A model generated the notes under the pieces. The model did not search any database, was not told the origin of the DNA, and saw only the letters and a list, made by a program, of their open reading frames with translations. A program made the translations under genes and the position numbers. DNA of 63,328 bases, counting the filler, from Clostridiaceae bacterium (GTDB lineage Bacteria > Bacillota > Clostridia > CAYPLH01 > DUMO01): NCBI GenBank assembly GCA_012839865.1. It is 4 parts of 4 records of this genome, joined end to end, with 100 filler letters (N's around TTAATTAATTAA, not from the genome) between each part and the next. Parts side by side here need not be neighbours in the genome. Positions count along the whole stretch, not along the records: positions 22,996 to 46,523 come from DUMO01000059.1; positions 46,624 to 56,299 come from DUMO01000061.1; 2 more parts are not named here. One strand, given 5' to 3'. How positions within the stretch are numbered: position 1 is the first letter of the stretch; every line of letters starts with the position of its first letter. Positions 41,960-50,850 of the stretch are shown in pieces.

Positions 41960-43282
41960 TCAATTTTTGTGAATAAGCCGCAATGCTTCCTCCAGGGCAT
42001 CTTCAGCGGGAACCTGTACATCCGGAAGAAGCGGCAAATTGGACTTGGATTCATCAGGCCGTATAAAATATTTATAGGACACGGTTACAGCAAGCAATGC
42101 ATTTGGCGTCTGAAAATACAGGATATCACCGTAGGAAGAGGGCATATTGCCAGGAATCTCTCCAACCACCGTACAAAGCCCGTTATCTGAAAGCAGCGTC
42201 GCAAAGTCCATAGCTGCACTAAAGCTGTCCGTACCGGTCAACACATATACATTTCCTGAGAACACAATTTCCGCTTGCCGGTTTTTCTGTCGCCCTGGCC
42301 GGTTTTTCCAATTAATCGGACCAAAGCGCACCATGGAGTTTACATTCTGATAGCTCTCCACTGCAAGGTAGCGGAGAAACTCGTTTGCGACCAGTGAATT
42401 TCCACCGGGATTGCCTCGCAAGTCCACAATAACACTATGGACTCCCTCATTTTGCACAGATGTAAAGAATTCTTTCAGCGCCGACTTGTAGGTTTTGTCA
42501 AAGACACATTGACTCAGCGTGAAAATACCCACGCCAGCTTCCCTGTCTACCGTATAGTCGTAGAAGGTCTCCGTGTCTTTCGGTATAGCCATCTCGTTTT
42601 TTTGCAGCGTAAAGACTTTTTTAATGGTATTTCCGTCATTTTGCCGCTCCAGCAAAATCTCGACTCCCTGCCCGGTATCTATATCCAAAAAAGCCAGATA
42701 GTCACTGCGATTGATTCGTGATGCAAAGACATGACGAGCCCAGGCGTCAAGCTCATAGGAAAACATCCCCAGGAACCGTTCATAAAGCTGGCTGACCGAA
42801 ATAACGCCTATCATATTAACAGTATATCCGTCGTATTCGCCGCCTGAACAAATCAAGCGCTGCCCTTCCCATGAAAACATTAAAGGTAAAATCTTTGTAT
42901 CCTCGTAATATGGCTGTACCCTGGTATGGGCATCATTAAGGCATGCGAGAACCCGTGCTGCACTTTGCCACAGTGATAAGACCGTAACCTCTGTCGATTG
43001 GGAGAGCTCTGCATACTCTTTCTCATATGCCTCCTGAACTGCGGGAGGCAGGCCCGATATGCAAGCCGGGTGCCGCTCCCGCAGACGGTTTACGATAAAT
43101 TCCAAATCCTCCGCAGCTTGCTTCCCGCCAAGAAAGGCTTCGAGTTTTTCAGACTGCTTAAAGACGCTTACCGTCCCCCGAAAAGGGTCAAACCACATCC
43201 GCCATGCTCCATATGATGCAATGGTACATATAGCAGAAACGATAAGAAAAATCTTTAGATGCTTTGTCCACTTCTTTTTCAT
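41960..43282 (-). CDS. S41-family peptidase, membrane-anchored/secreted
   Basis: VIVDLRGNPGG, VYVLTGTDSFSAA, VVGEIPG, PDVQVP; N-terminal TM. Confidence 0.88.
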   Translation of the reverse strand: MKKKWTKHLKIFLIVSAICTIASYGAWRMWFDPFRGTVSVFKQSEKLEAFLGGKQAAEDLEFIVNRLRERHPACISGLPPAVQEAYEKEYAELSQSTEVTVLSLWQSAARVLACLNDAHTRVQPYYEDTKILPLMFSWEGQRLICSGGEYDGYTVNMIGVISVSQLYERFLGMFSYELDAWARHVFASRINRSDYLAFLDIDTGQGVEILLERQNDGNTIKKVFTLQKNEMAIPKDTETFYDYTVDREAGVGIFTLSQCVFDKTYKSALKEFFTSVQNEGVHSVIVDLRGNPGGNSLVANEFLRYLAVESYQNVNSMVRFGPINWKNRPGRQKNRQAEIVFSGNVYVLTGTDSFSAAMDFATLLSDNGLCTVVGEIPGNMPSSYGDILYFQTPNALLAVTVSYKYFIRPDESKSNLPLLPDVQVPAEDALEEALRLIHKN

Positions 43283-43284
43283 AC

Positions 43285-43485
43285 TCAGTCTCTTTCCTCT
43301 GCAACGCTTTTCTTACCAAAAAGCATTGATGCAATAAAACCAATCAATAAACCCGCAGCCGCACCACCAATCATACCGGCCGCTAAATGGAAGCTGTACA
43401 ATATCGAAGCCAACATCCCGACTCCACAGCAGAATACAACACCCAGCCCGGGTAATGGCATTTTTTCATACTTTTTATTTAACAT
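43285..43485 (-). CDS. Small two-TM membrane protein
   Basis: GGAGG RBS; GLGVVFCCGVG and GxxxG-rich hydrophobic segments. Confidence 0.65.
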   Translation of the reverse strand: MLNKKYEKMPLPGLGVVFCCGVGMLASILYSFHLAAGMIGGAAAGLLIGFIASMLFGKKSVAEERD

Positions 43486-43500
43486 TTTTTTACCTCCAAC

Positions 43501-43947
43501 CTATTTTAGCTTTTCGATTTTCACAATGACATTCTGTTCATTTTCGTTTTTATAGTACTGAAACTTAACAACCTCGCCAATATCAAGTTCCATACTGTCG
43601 AATTCCTGCCTGACTTCATCAGACAACATAAATACCTTAATTGTTTCTTCTTTTTGGACATCTGAAACGGCTATTTCGATGAAGTTGTTATCTATCCGTC
43701 CCTGAAAGACACCAGTATCAGTTTCATATGCAACATCCGGAGCACTTTCGGATTCGGTTTTAACTGATGACGCTTCCTCTGAACCTGGTAACGCCTGAGA
43801 ATCCTGAGCTTGCGTAGGCTGCACATCAGCATTCTGCGTTCCATTCTCACTTGAAATCTCTTCATCATTTAAATGCGAGGGTAATCCACATCCTGAAAGT
43901 AGATTTATTAAGAGCATCAGAAAAACAAACAAACAAATTTTCTTCAT
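43501..43947 (-). CDS. Hypothetical lipoprotein
   Basis: MKKICLF...LLSGC lipobox; GGAGG RBS before ATG 43947. Confidence 0.75.
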   Translation of the reverse strand: MKKICLFVFLMLLINLLSGCGLPSHLNDEEISSENGTQNADVQPTQAQDSQALPGSEEASSVKTESESAPDVAYETDTGVFQGRIDNNFIEIAVSDVQKEETIKVFMLSDEVRQEFDSMELDIGEVVKFQYYKNENEQNVIVKIEKLK

Positions 43948-43967
43948 GATTCTCCTCCAATAAATAA

Positions 43968-44028
43968 TGTAAAGCATGCTTTCCATTATAATATATGAAT
44001 CATGGTTAAATGTCAAGCATACTTTCCA
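43968..44028. promoter_or_regulatory. Two operator-like boxes TGT(A/C)AAG-N4-CTTTCCA over the lipoprotein-S41 promoter
   Basis: TGTAAAGCATGCTTTCCA (43968-43985) and TGTCAAGCATACTTTCCA (44011-44028), the latter overlapping a minus-strand TTGACA. Confidence 0.65.
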
Positions 44029-44062
44029 TAAATATTTCCCACCATGAGAAAACTGCTTAAAA

Positions 44063-44461
44063 TTATAGTTTTTTACTGAAATAGGCTGAGAAAAGAATAA
44101 TGCTTAACGAATATAACAGCAGCAAGCCCGCTATTACACATGCCCCTACAAGTTGATCAGTCATTACCAGAACAAAAGCGCTGACACTCATGGCTGCAAT
44201 TGTAGTCATGCCTGCATACCAGGATGCCTTTTCTCGAATTACAATATTGCGTTCATCATGCCATTCAATTATGTTGCTTTCCTCGTCTGCTTCCTTACTT
44301 GTAAGCAGTGGTGCGCCTTTCGCTACGGAGAACCCCAGAGCAATTATTCCTATTGAAACCAGAATGCCGGCTTGCATAGGATTTTCTGAGAACAATCCCA
44401 ACAGCAGCAGCAATATACCTGTCGATAATAGTAAAGCATAGATTCCAATACGTTTCCTCAC
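44063..44461 (-). CDS. Membrane protein, DUF2178-like
   Basis: 4 TMs, DERNIVIREKA motif; ATGA overlap with the XRE gene. Confidence 0.72.
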   Translation of the reverse strand: MRKRIGIYALLLSTGILLLLLGLFSENPMQAGILVSIGIIALGFSVAKGAPLLTSKEADEESNIIEWHDERNIVIREKASWYAGMTTIAAMSVSAFVLVMTDQLVGACVIAGLLLLYSLSIILFSAYFSKKL

Positions 44462-44664
44462 GGCTCTGGCTCCTCCTCATAAATAAAAATATCTTCAATA
44501 GATAAGTTAAAATACCGGGCAATTTTAAATGCCAGGATAATTGATGGATTATATCGTCCGTTTTCCAATGATCCGATGGTTTGACGAGAAACGCAAAGCG
44601 CTGCTGCCAATTGTTCCTGTGTTATGTCCCTGGATTTTCTTATTTCCTCCAACCTGTTTCTCAA
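44458..44664 (-). CDS. XRE (Cro/C1) family transcriptional regulator
   Basis: NRLEEIRKSRDITQEQLA...VSRQTIGSLENGRYNPSIILAFKIARYF. Confidence 0.92.
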   Translation of the reverse strand: MRNRLEEIRKSRDITQEQLAAALCVSRQTIGSLENGRYNPSIILAFKIARYFNLSIEDIFIYEEEPEP

Positions 44665-44685
44665 ATCTATTGACTCCTATCATTG

Positions 44686-44793
44686 TGTAAAGTTAACTTT
44701 CCATCCAAAAATATATAACAAAAAAGTATACTTTGTCAAGTACGCTTTCCGTATAGGCAATTATAAAAATGATTTTGTAAAGTATACTTTACA
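44686..44793. promoter_or_regulatory. Cluster of operator-like boxes between divergent xre and CPBP promoters
   Basis: TGTAAAGTTAACTTTCCA (44686-44703), AAAGTATACTTT (44723-44734), TGTCAAGTACGCTTTCCG (44734-44751), perfect TGTAAAGTATACTTTACA (44776-44793). Confidence 0.7.
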
Positions 44794-44849
44794 TTTCTCC
44801 GTAATCTGGTATAATTTAATGACATAAAATTATCAGGAAGGGTGAGCTT

Positions 44850-45791
44850 ATGATTTCATACCTCAAACAGAAAAGCAAAATCTTTTATAATGAACTGTTT
44901 TCCAACCTGCTATTTACAGTCATACTTGCTGCATACATACTGCTCAAGGCCATCAGCAATCTGGCTTATGGCGCTTCATATTTCACGGCATTCCGCAGCG
45001 GTATTATGGGTGTTGTAATGTATGTTGCAGGAATGTATACAATCAACCTAACCTCAAATAATACCGATGAAAATATGCAGGCTTTTAATATTGATGAGGG
45101 GGTGGCAAAAAAAGGGCTGGTTACTTCTGCAGTTTATTTTTTATTCCTTTTTTCAACGATAATAGATAATCTTCAAAGAAAGGACATTCTTTCCGGGACT
45201 CCCATACTTTCTTTCCTACCGGGATACAGCCATCTGATATCCATTATAGAAAGGCTCTCACAATCCATTTCAGATATTGCAAGTTTCGTGTTGCCGGAAC
45301 AAATTAGAAATATAATACTTGGTAACTTGATTTATGTATTAATACCATTTATTATTTTTAAACTGCTGGGTTATCAGTTTAAAAATTTATTTTCACTAAG
45401 ATATACAAAAGCAAGCTGGCCTATTCTCTTTATATACTTAATTTTGTTTTTCACTGGTGGTATTACCATTAAAAAAGTCTGGGGTTTTGTCTACAGTCTT
45501 CTTTATCCTGCATTATGCGAGGAGTTTTTTCATAGGGGAATTATATTCCGCTCTGCAGACAGTATTTTCAAAAAGCTTCCTGTTGCATTATTAGCAGGTA
45601 CTGTCGCCTTTGGTCTGATGCATTTTCCGGATTATTTTTTTCGAATCTATAATGGTAATTTATTATTCACTTTTTCCAATATTGCTGATTTGCTTTTGTT
45701 TGGATTTTTGCTGGCGTATGGGTATCGAAAAACTACAACACTTTTGCCCTGGATATTAGTGCATGCTTTGTCTGATGCACTCTATCTTTAA
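44850..45791 (+). CDS. CPBP (CAAX/Abi) family intramembrane metalloprotease
   Basis: EEFFHRG, FGLMH, HALSD motifs; multi-TM. Confidence 0.88.
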   Translation: MISYLKQKSKIFYNELFSNLLFTVILAAYILLKAISNLAYGASYFTAFRSGIMGVVMYVAGMYTINLTSNNTDENMQAFNIDEGVAKKGLVTSAVYFLFLFSTIIDNLQRKDILSGTPILSFLPGYSHLISIIERLSQSISDIASFVLPEQIRNIILGNLIYVLIPFIIFKLLGYQFKNLFSLRYTKASWPILFIYLILFFTGGITIKKVWGFVYSLLYPALCEEFFHRGIIFRSADSIFKKLPVALLAGTVAFGLMHFPDYFFRIYNGNLLFTFSNIADLLLFGFLLAYGYRKTTTLLPWILVHALSDALYL

Positions 45792-45959
45792 TATGATGTA
45801 ACACACGCATCCAAAGCTCACGGTATGAGCGATAATCATCTTCTGGCGTGTTATAGACATCATTCCAGAAATCTTATGCTAAAGCACATTCTCAGCAAGT
45901 GGCGTGTCACAGGAAAACCCTGTATTCACAAAATTTATATTCCCTGACAGCCCTACCGG

Positions 45960-46397
45960 CTATATTTTCAAACTTGCCAATTCTTCATTCAGGCTCTTCA
46001 AGTCGGAGGCGATATTTTCTATCGAAGAAAATGAAGACGTTATTTCCTCCATTGTAGCAGATTGTTGCTGTGTTGCACCGGCTATGGACTCAATTTCATT
46101 CAGGGAGCTTTCAACCAGGCTGTTTATTTTTGAAATAACCTCTATGAGCTTCTTGCTATGGGATGAGGAATTCTTGGATGCTGATTCTATATCGTTTACT
46201 TTCGACTTCATATTATCCTGAAGCTCTTTCATTTCATCAAATTTCTCTGCAGTCTGCATTACTCTCTGAATTGATGCTTTGATTTTATTCGTTCCGGAAT
46301 CTATTGTCTCATATACCGAGTTGGTTTTGCTTTGTAAATCCGCAACCAATTTGCTTATATTTGTCGTAGCCTTTCCTGATTGCTCCGCAAGTTTTCT
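45960..46397 (-). pseudogene. C-terminal fragment of a methyl-accepting chemotaxis protein, cut by an IS
   Basis: RKLAEQSGKATTNI...QQQSATMEEI; breaks exactly before RKLAE at 46397/46398. Confidence 0.8.
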
Positions 46398-46523
46398 GGT
46401 AGTGTCTTGTCAAGTGGTGTAAATTGATTTCTACTTTATCCCCCATTCATCTTATTTATGTAATAATGCCACCGGCGCCAGTGTAAACTCCTTTGTCGAT
46501 GTAAGTTTAGCCATAGACTCCAA
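46398..46523 (-). mobile_element. End of an insertion sequence, IS256/ISLre2-like, at the contig end
   Basis: GGTAGTGTCTTGTCAAGTGGTGTAAAT resembles IS256-type terminal repeats (GG.AGTGT...GTGTAAA); abuts a broken gene; carries an ORF tail ending ...APVALLHK*. Confidence 0.55.
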
Positions 46524-46623
46524 NNNNNNNNNNNNNNNNNNNNNNNNNNNNNNNNNNNNNNNNNNNNTTAATTAATTAANNNNNNNNNNNNNNNNNNNNN
46601 NNNNNNNNNNNNNNNNNNNNNNN
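46524..46623. other. Artificial contig-joining linker
   Basis: 44 N + TTAATTAATTAA + 44 N. Confidence 0.97.
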
Positions 46624-46829
46624 AATTGGTGCCGATTGCCAGGCATTCTTGCCTGGAATTGCAGAGTTTGCCTTTGCAAGCTTTACGAAAAACTCAAGGC
46701 GTCAGATTGGAAACAATCCTGGCGCTTTTTTATTTATTGTTTATGTTTAAATCTCTCAAACAAAAACAAACTGAACAAGTATCATATAAATAGCAGTGCC
46801 TACTCCTAATAGGAGGAGATACCGCCTGG

Positions 46830-47264
46830 TTGACTACAGTCGGTACAGCTATCTATGCTGTTGCCTTTGCAACTGTCTGGCTGAGCATAGGTGCCAGCTT
46901 TATTTTTCTTTTGGTAGGTTTCAGGGCGGTTGAAGTGGAGCTGCTTGAAAGTGCCACTATAGATGGTGCGGGAAAATTGAGAAAGATCTTCAGTATCATG
47001 ATTCCAATTGCATCTCCACAGATTTTCTTTGTAATATTTTTGAACATAACCAACTCATTCAAAGCTTTTGGACAGATTAAACTGCTGACTGGCGGCGGTC
47101 CGGCCAATTCTACAGAGACATTGATCTATTCCATATATAAAGAGGCAATTATGAACGGAAGGTTTGAAACAGCGTGTGCGTTGTCATTAATCCTCTTTTT
47201 GGTTATCTTTGTTGTTACCCGTATTCAGATGTTTTTTGAGAAGAAAACGGTTCACTATCAATAG
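46830..47264 (+). pseudogene. Carbohydrate ABC permease, 5' half missing
   Basis: ELLESATIDGA, TGGGPANSTETL, GRFETACALS present; in-frame stop at 46791-46793 and no N-terminal TMs. Confidence 0.65.
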
Positions 47265-47275
47265 GGGGACGAAAT

Positions 47276-48115
47276 ATGCTTAAGTCATATAAATGGAAAA
47301 AAACAATGAGAGATGCCGGATCTTATCTGGTGCGTCTTTTGGTGGGATTACTGATTATGTTTCCTATTATAATGGGTTTTTCATACAGTTTACGTTCTGA
47401 TGCTGAAATAATGACATCCACCCTGACTCTGTTCCCCAAGCATTTTACATGGGAGAACTATGTGTGGGTTTTAAAGTATGTGCCTGTTGCCAGGTATATG
47501 CTCAACAGCATTATTTGCTGCGCTATTGTTATTGGTTCACAGGCATTGATTTGCAGCATGGCAGCATATGCATTTTCATTCTTTGATTTCAAAGGTAAAA
47601 AGCTGTTGTTTATGATGATTCTAATGACAACGATGATCCCGGGGGATGTTACTTTGATCGCAAATTATCTGCGGATTCAGAAGTGGGGATTGATTAATAC
47701 CTTTGCCGGGATGACACTGCCGTTTCTGGTGTCAGGCATGGGTATTTTCATGATGAGGCAGTTCTATCTTTCACTTCCTAAAGATATTAAGGAATCAGCG
47801 ACCCTTGATGGTTGTGGCGATATTGGTTTTTTTATCCGTATTGCTATACCTCTTTCGGTGCCATCGCTTGCGGCCTTAGCAATTTATGAGTTTATTATGA
47901 TTTACAATCAGTATTTGTGGCCGTTATTAATCAGCAGTTCCCAGAACATGTACACCATTCAGATTGGCATGGCGATGCTGAAGGGTGCGGAAACAGACCA
48001 TTTGGGTGTAATCCTGGCAGGTGCCATGATCTGTATAGCCCCGGCAATTCTGGTATTCGTTGCAGGGCAGAAATATATCATCAGGGGAATGATTTCCGGA
48101 GGAATAAAGGGTTAA
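47276..48115 (+). CDS. Carbohydrate ABC permease (UgpE-like)
   Basis: DIKESATLDGC, YNQYLWPL, MIPGDVTLIANY. Confidence 0.92.
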   Translation: MLKSYKWKKTMRDAGSYLVRLLVGLLIMFPIIMGFSYSLRSDAEIMTSTLTLFPKHFTWENYVWVLKYVPVARYMLNSIICCAIVIGSQALICSMAAYAFSFFDFKGKKLLFMMILMTTMIPGDVTLIANYLRIQKWGLINTFAGMTLPFLVSGMGIFMMRQFYLSLPKDIKESATLDGCGDIGFFIRIAIPLSVPSLAALAIYEFIMIYNQYLWPLLISSSQNMYTIQIGMAMLKGAETDHLGVILAGAMICIAPAILVFVAGQKYIIRGMISGGIKG

Positions 48116-48229
48116 ATAAACCTGTAAAGTTGTATTCCGTATTGCAAATATTTTAAATATAAGGAGCCTATTGGCTCCAAAAACCTAAAAAATTCAATAA
48201 TACTTAAAAAAATGAAAGGGAGTGCAAAA

Positions 48230-49672
48230 ATGAAAGCAAAGAAGAGTTTATCATTACTACTGGCGTTGGTACTATGTGTAACTGTATTTGCAGGGTGCGC
48301 TAATGTTTCCAAGCCCACGGATGGCACAACATCTGCTTCACCGAAGACTTCGGAAAGCACTGTTGTAACAGAACCGGCTTCAACACAACCCAAGGAACCA
48401 ATTGAAGTTGTATACTGGGGAACTTGGGGCTCAGACAAAAAGGAATTCATTGAGCGTCTGGCTAAAGAATTTAACGAAATGCAGAACACCTATCGTGTGA
48501 CCTATGAGTATGTAGGAAATATGAACGACCTTTTGGCCAAGCTGCAGGTAACTGACGAGGCTAATTTGCCAACCCTGATCAATGCTACAACCGAACAAAA
48601 CGGTACTTACATGTACTCCGGCCTGGTTGAACCAATTTACAACTTTGCCGGCAAAGATGATCCGTTTGTAAGCATGATTTACGGAAACCTGGTTTCCTGC
48701 TGGGGTGACCTGGACGGCAACCTGATTGGTTATCCGATGGGCAACAGTATGGCTGGTATCTATTTCAACATGGATATGCTGAATCAGATAAACGTAGATC
48801 CTTATAAAGATATTCACTGTCTGGAAGATTTGTATGATATTTGCAAGCAGTTGGTTGACAAAGGAATCGCAAAATATGCCATTGGTACAGACCATTCCAA
48901 CATTTATCTGAACTATGCATTGTCTATTGAAGGAATTCATGTTGTAGATAATGAAAACGGCAAGTCTGCTCCTCCGACAGTCAGCTATTATAACAAGGAT
49001 GGAACCAGGGAATATGTGAAGAGGTACTTCCAATTGTGGAGAAATCTCTCTGTTGGCGGTTACTGTTATCCTTTAGGCTCATCCTGGGGTAATGAAATAC
49101 TTCCTGCTTTTGCAAAAGGTGATCTTGCAATTGTTACTGGTACAATCGGCGGTTATGCAAGGCTTGCCAATGCATGGAATGAAAACCATGACACACCGTG
49201 CAATATTGCCTTCATACCATGGCAGCCAATTACTAAAAATGGACGTTCTTCAGGGCTTCCGGCATCCGGAAACGGATTTTATATCATTAAGGATCCTAAT
49301 GTAGAAGCAAGAAAAGGTGCCTGGGAATTTATCAAATTCTTCTCACAGGATGACCATGCAGCAGAATGGTGCACTATTACAGGATACCTCCCGATCAGTG
49401 AAGGATGTTACCATTCTCCTATCTATCAGAATTACATAAAGAACAATACTCTCGATTTCCAATTCCTGATAGACGCACAGCAGAAGAGCGACATTCTTTC
49501 TTATCATCCGGTTACACCAATTAATACTGAATTCCAGGCAGCAGGTTTGGAAGCGCTCGAAAACATAGTTGCAGATCCAAACTACGATATTGACAGGGCT
49601 ATTGATGAGATGACAGAGGCTATAAATGATGCGCTTAATATGTGGCAGGCAACTTACGGAAAAAAGAGGTAA
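48230..49672 (+). CDS. ABC solute-binding lipoprotein (UgpB-like)
   Basis: Lipobox FAGC, S/T-rich linker, YFNMDML, FAKGDLAI, GAWEFIKF, TGYLP. Confidence 0.9.
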   Translation: MKAKKSLSLLLALVLCVTVFAGCANVSKPTDGTTSASPKTSESTVVTEPASTQPKEPIEVVYWGTWGSDKKEFIERLAKEFNEMQNTYRVTYEYVGNMNDLLAKLQVTDEANLPTLINATTEQNGTYMYSGLVEPIYNFAGKDDPFVSMIYGNLVSCWGDLDGNLIGYPMGNSMAGIYFNMDMLNQINVDPYKDIHCLEDLYDICKQLVDKGIAKYAIGTDHSNIYLNYALSIEGIHVVDNENGKSAPPTVSYYNKDGTREYVKRYFQLWRNLSVGGYCYPLGSSWGNEILPAFAKGDLAIVTGTIGGYARLANAWNENHDTPCNIAFIPWQPITKNGRSSGLPASGNGFYIIKDPNVEARKGAWEFIKFFSQDDHAAEWCTITGYLPISEGCYHSPIYQNYIKNNTLDFQFLIDAQQKSDILSYHPVTPINTEFQAAGLEALENIVADPNYDIDRAIDEMTEAINDALNMWQATYGKKR

Positions 49673-49684
49673 TTAAATGATACG

Positions 49685-49711
49685 GCCGGAGGAAGGCAGA
49701 CTTCCTCCGGC
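49685..49711 (+). promoter_or_regulatory. Intra-operon stem-loop after the solute-binding gene (mRNA stabiliser or weak terminator)
   Basis: GCCGGAGGAAG-GCAGA-CTTCCTCCGGC 11-bp stem without a U-run. Confidence 0.6.
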
Positions 49712-49759
49712 TTATACAAAAAAACATAACCTTTAGATGAGGTTAGAAGGAAGCAAAGC

Positions 49760-50740
49760 ATGAGGGACTATATTGCGATAAACAAGAACATCCCACAGTG
49801 GAAAGGCTGTGTGCATATGCATACGGTAAGGTCCGGGGACTCTAAATGTCCGTATGCTGAAGCGCTGGATGAATACAGGAAAAAAGGATTTGACTTTTGT
49901 GTCATGACGGATCACCAGGTGTACTGGAACTCTGACGAAATGGATAAGGAAGATTTCCTGGTGCTGTCCGGTGTTGAGATTGCGTTTGACTTTAACCTGG
50001 ATCACCCTTACACATTGAATCGCAGACAGGAAAAACATTTGCATCTCAACTTAATATGGGACGTTACAAAAGGAGAATGTGGTTTTCAGCATGGAGAAGT
50101 TATTAAGCGTCCCATGGATTGGGGAATTGATTCCTGGAATCAATTCATAGAAGAGGTAAAAGAAAAGAATCAGATTGTTATACTCAATCATCCAAACTGG
50201 TCCCATATGGATTTCGAGCTTATACTGGCTCTTCATGGATGTCTTGCCTTTGAGGTCTGGAACTCAGGATCGGTGCTGGATGTTGGAGGATATCCGGATG
50301 ATGCTGTCTGGGACTACTGTTTAAGCCGCGGAAAAAGAATCCGGGCAGTAGCCGGAGATGATACTCACAATTATGGTGAGGAGTTTGGCATATGTGGTTC
50401 ATCCGCAACTATTGTTTGCACGGAGAATTTCAGTAAAGCTGGTATTGTTGAGGCATTAAAAGAAGGAAGATTTTATCCCACTACAGGTCCGAAAATTTAC
50501 GATTTGAGAATAGTGGATGGAACCTTGCATTTGGAATGCAGTCCTGCCAGTGTAATTACAATTGTCGGTGGGAACGGATTTGGCAGAAGTTATTATGCAA
50601 AAAATGGTGATTATTTAAACGAACTGGATTGGCAAGTGAATTCAAACTTAAACTATTTCCGCATAAGAGTTACGGATCAATTTGGGAAAACAGCCTGGTC
50701 TCAGCCAATAATGATGCAAGACCTGCTTGTTGGCTCGTAA
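49760..50740 (+). CDS. PHP-like metallohydrolase (CehA/McbA-type)
   Basis: KGCVHMHTVRSGD, MTDH, LNHPNWS, AGDDTH, AWSQP. Confidence 0.85.
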   Translation: MRDYIAINKNIPQWKGCVHMHTVRSGDSKCPYAEALDEYRKKGFDFCVMTDHQVYWNSDEMDKEDFLVLSGVEIAFDFNLDHPYTLNRRQEKHLHLNLIWDVTKGECGFQHGEVIKRPMDWGIDSWNQFIEEVKEKNQIVILNHPNWSHMDFELILALHGCLAFEVWNSGSVLDVGGYPDDAVWDYCLSRGKRIRAVAGDDTHNYGEEFGICGSSATIVCTENFSKAGIVEALKEGRFYPTTGPKIYDLRIVDGTLHLECSPASVITIVGGNGFGRSYYAKNGDYLNELDWQVNSNLNYFRIRVTDQFGKTAWSQPIMMQDLLVGS

Positions 50741-50850
50741 GATTGTGAGAAAAACAGGGAAAATAAAGTTATTTAAATCAAAGAAAATTACAGGCAAAAT
50801 TGCTTTTCATATTAGTTATAAACTTGCTTACAAACAAAGGTATATGATTT

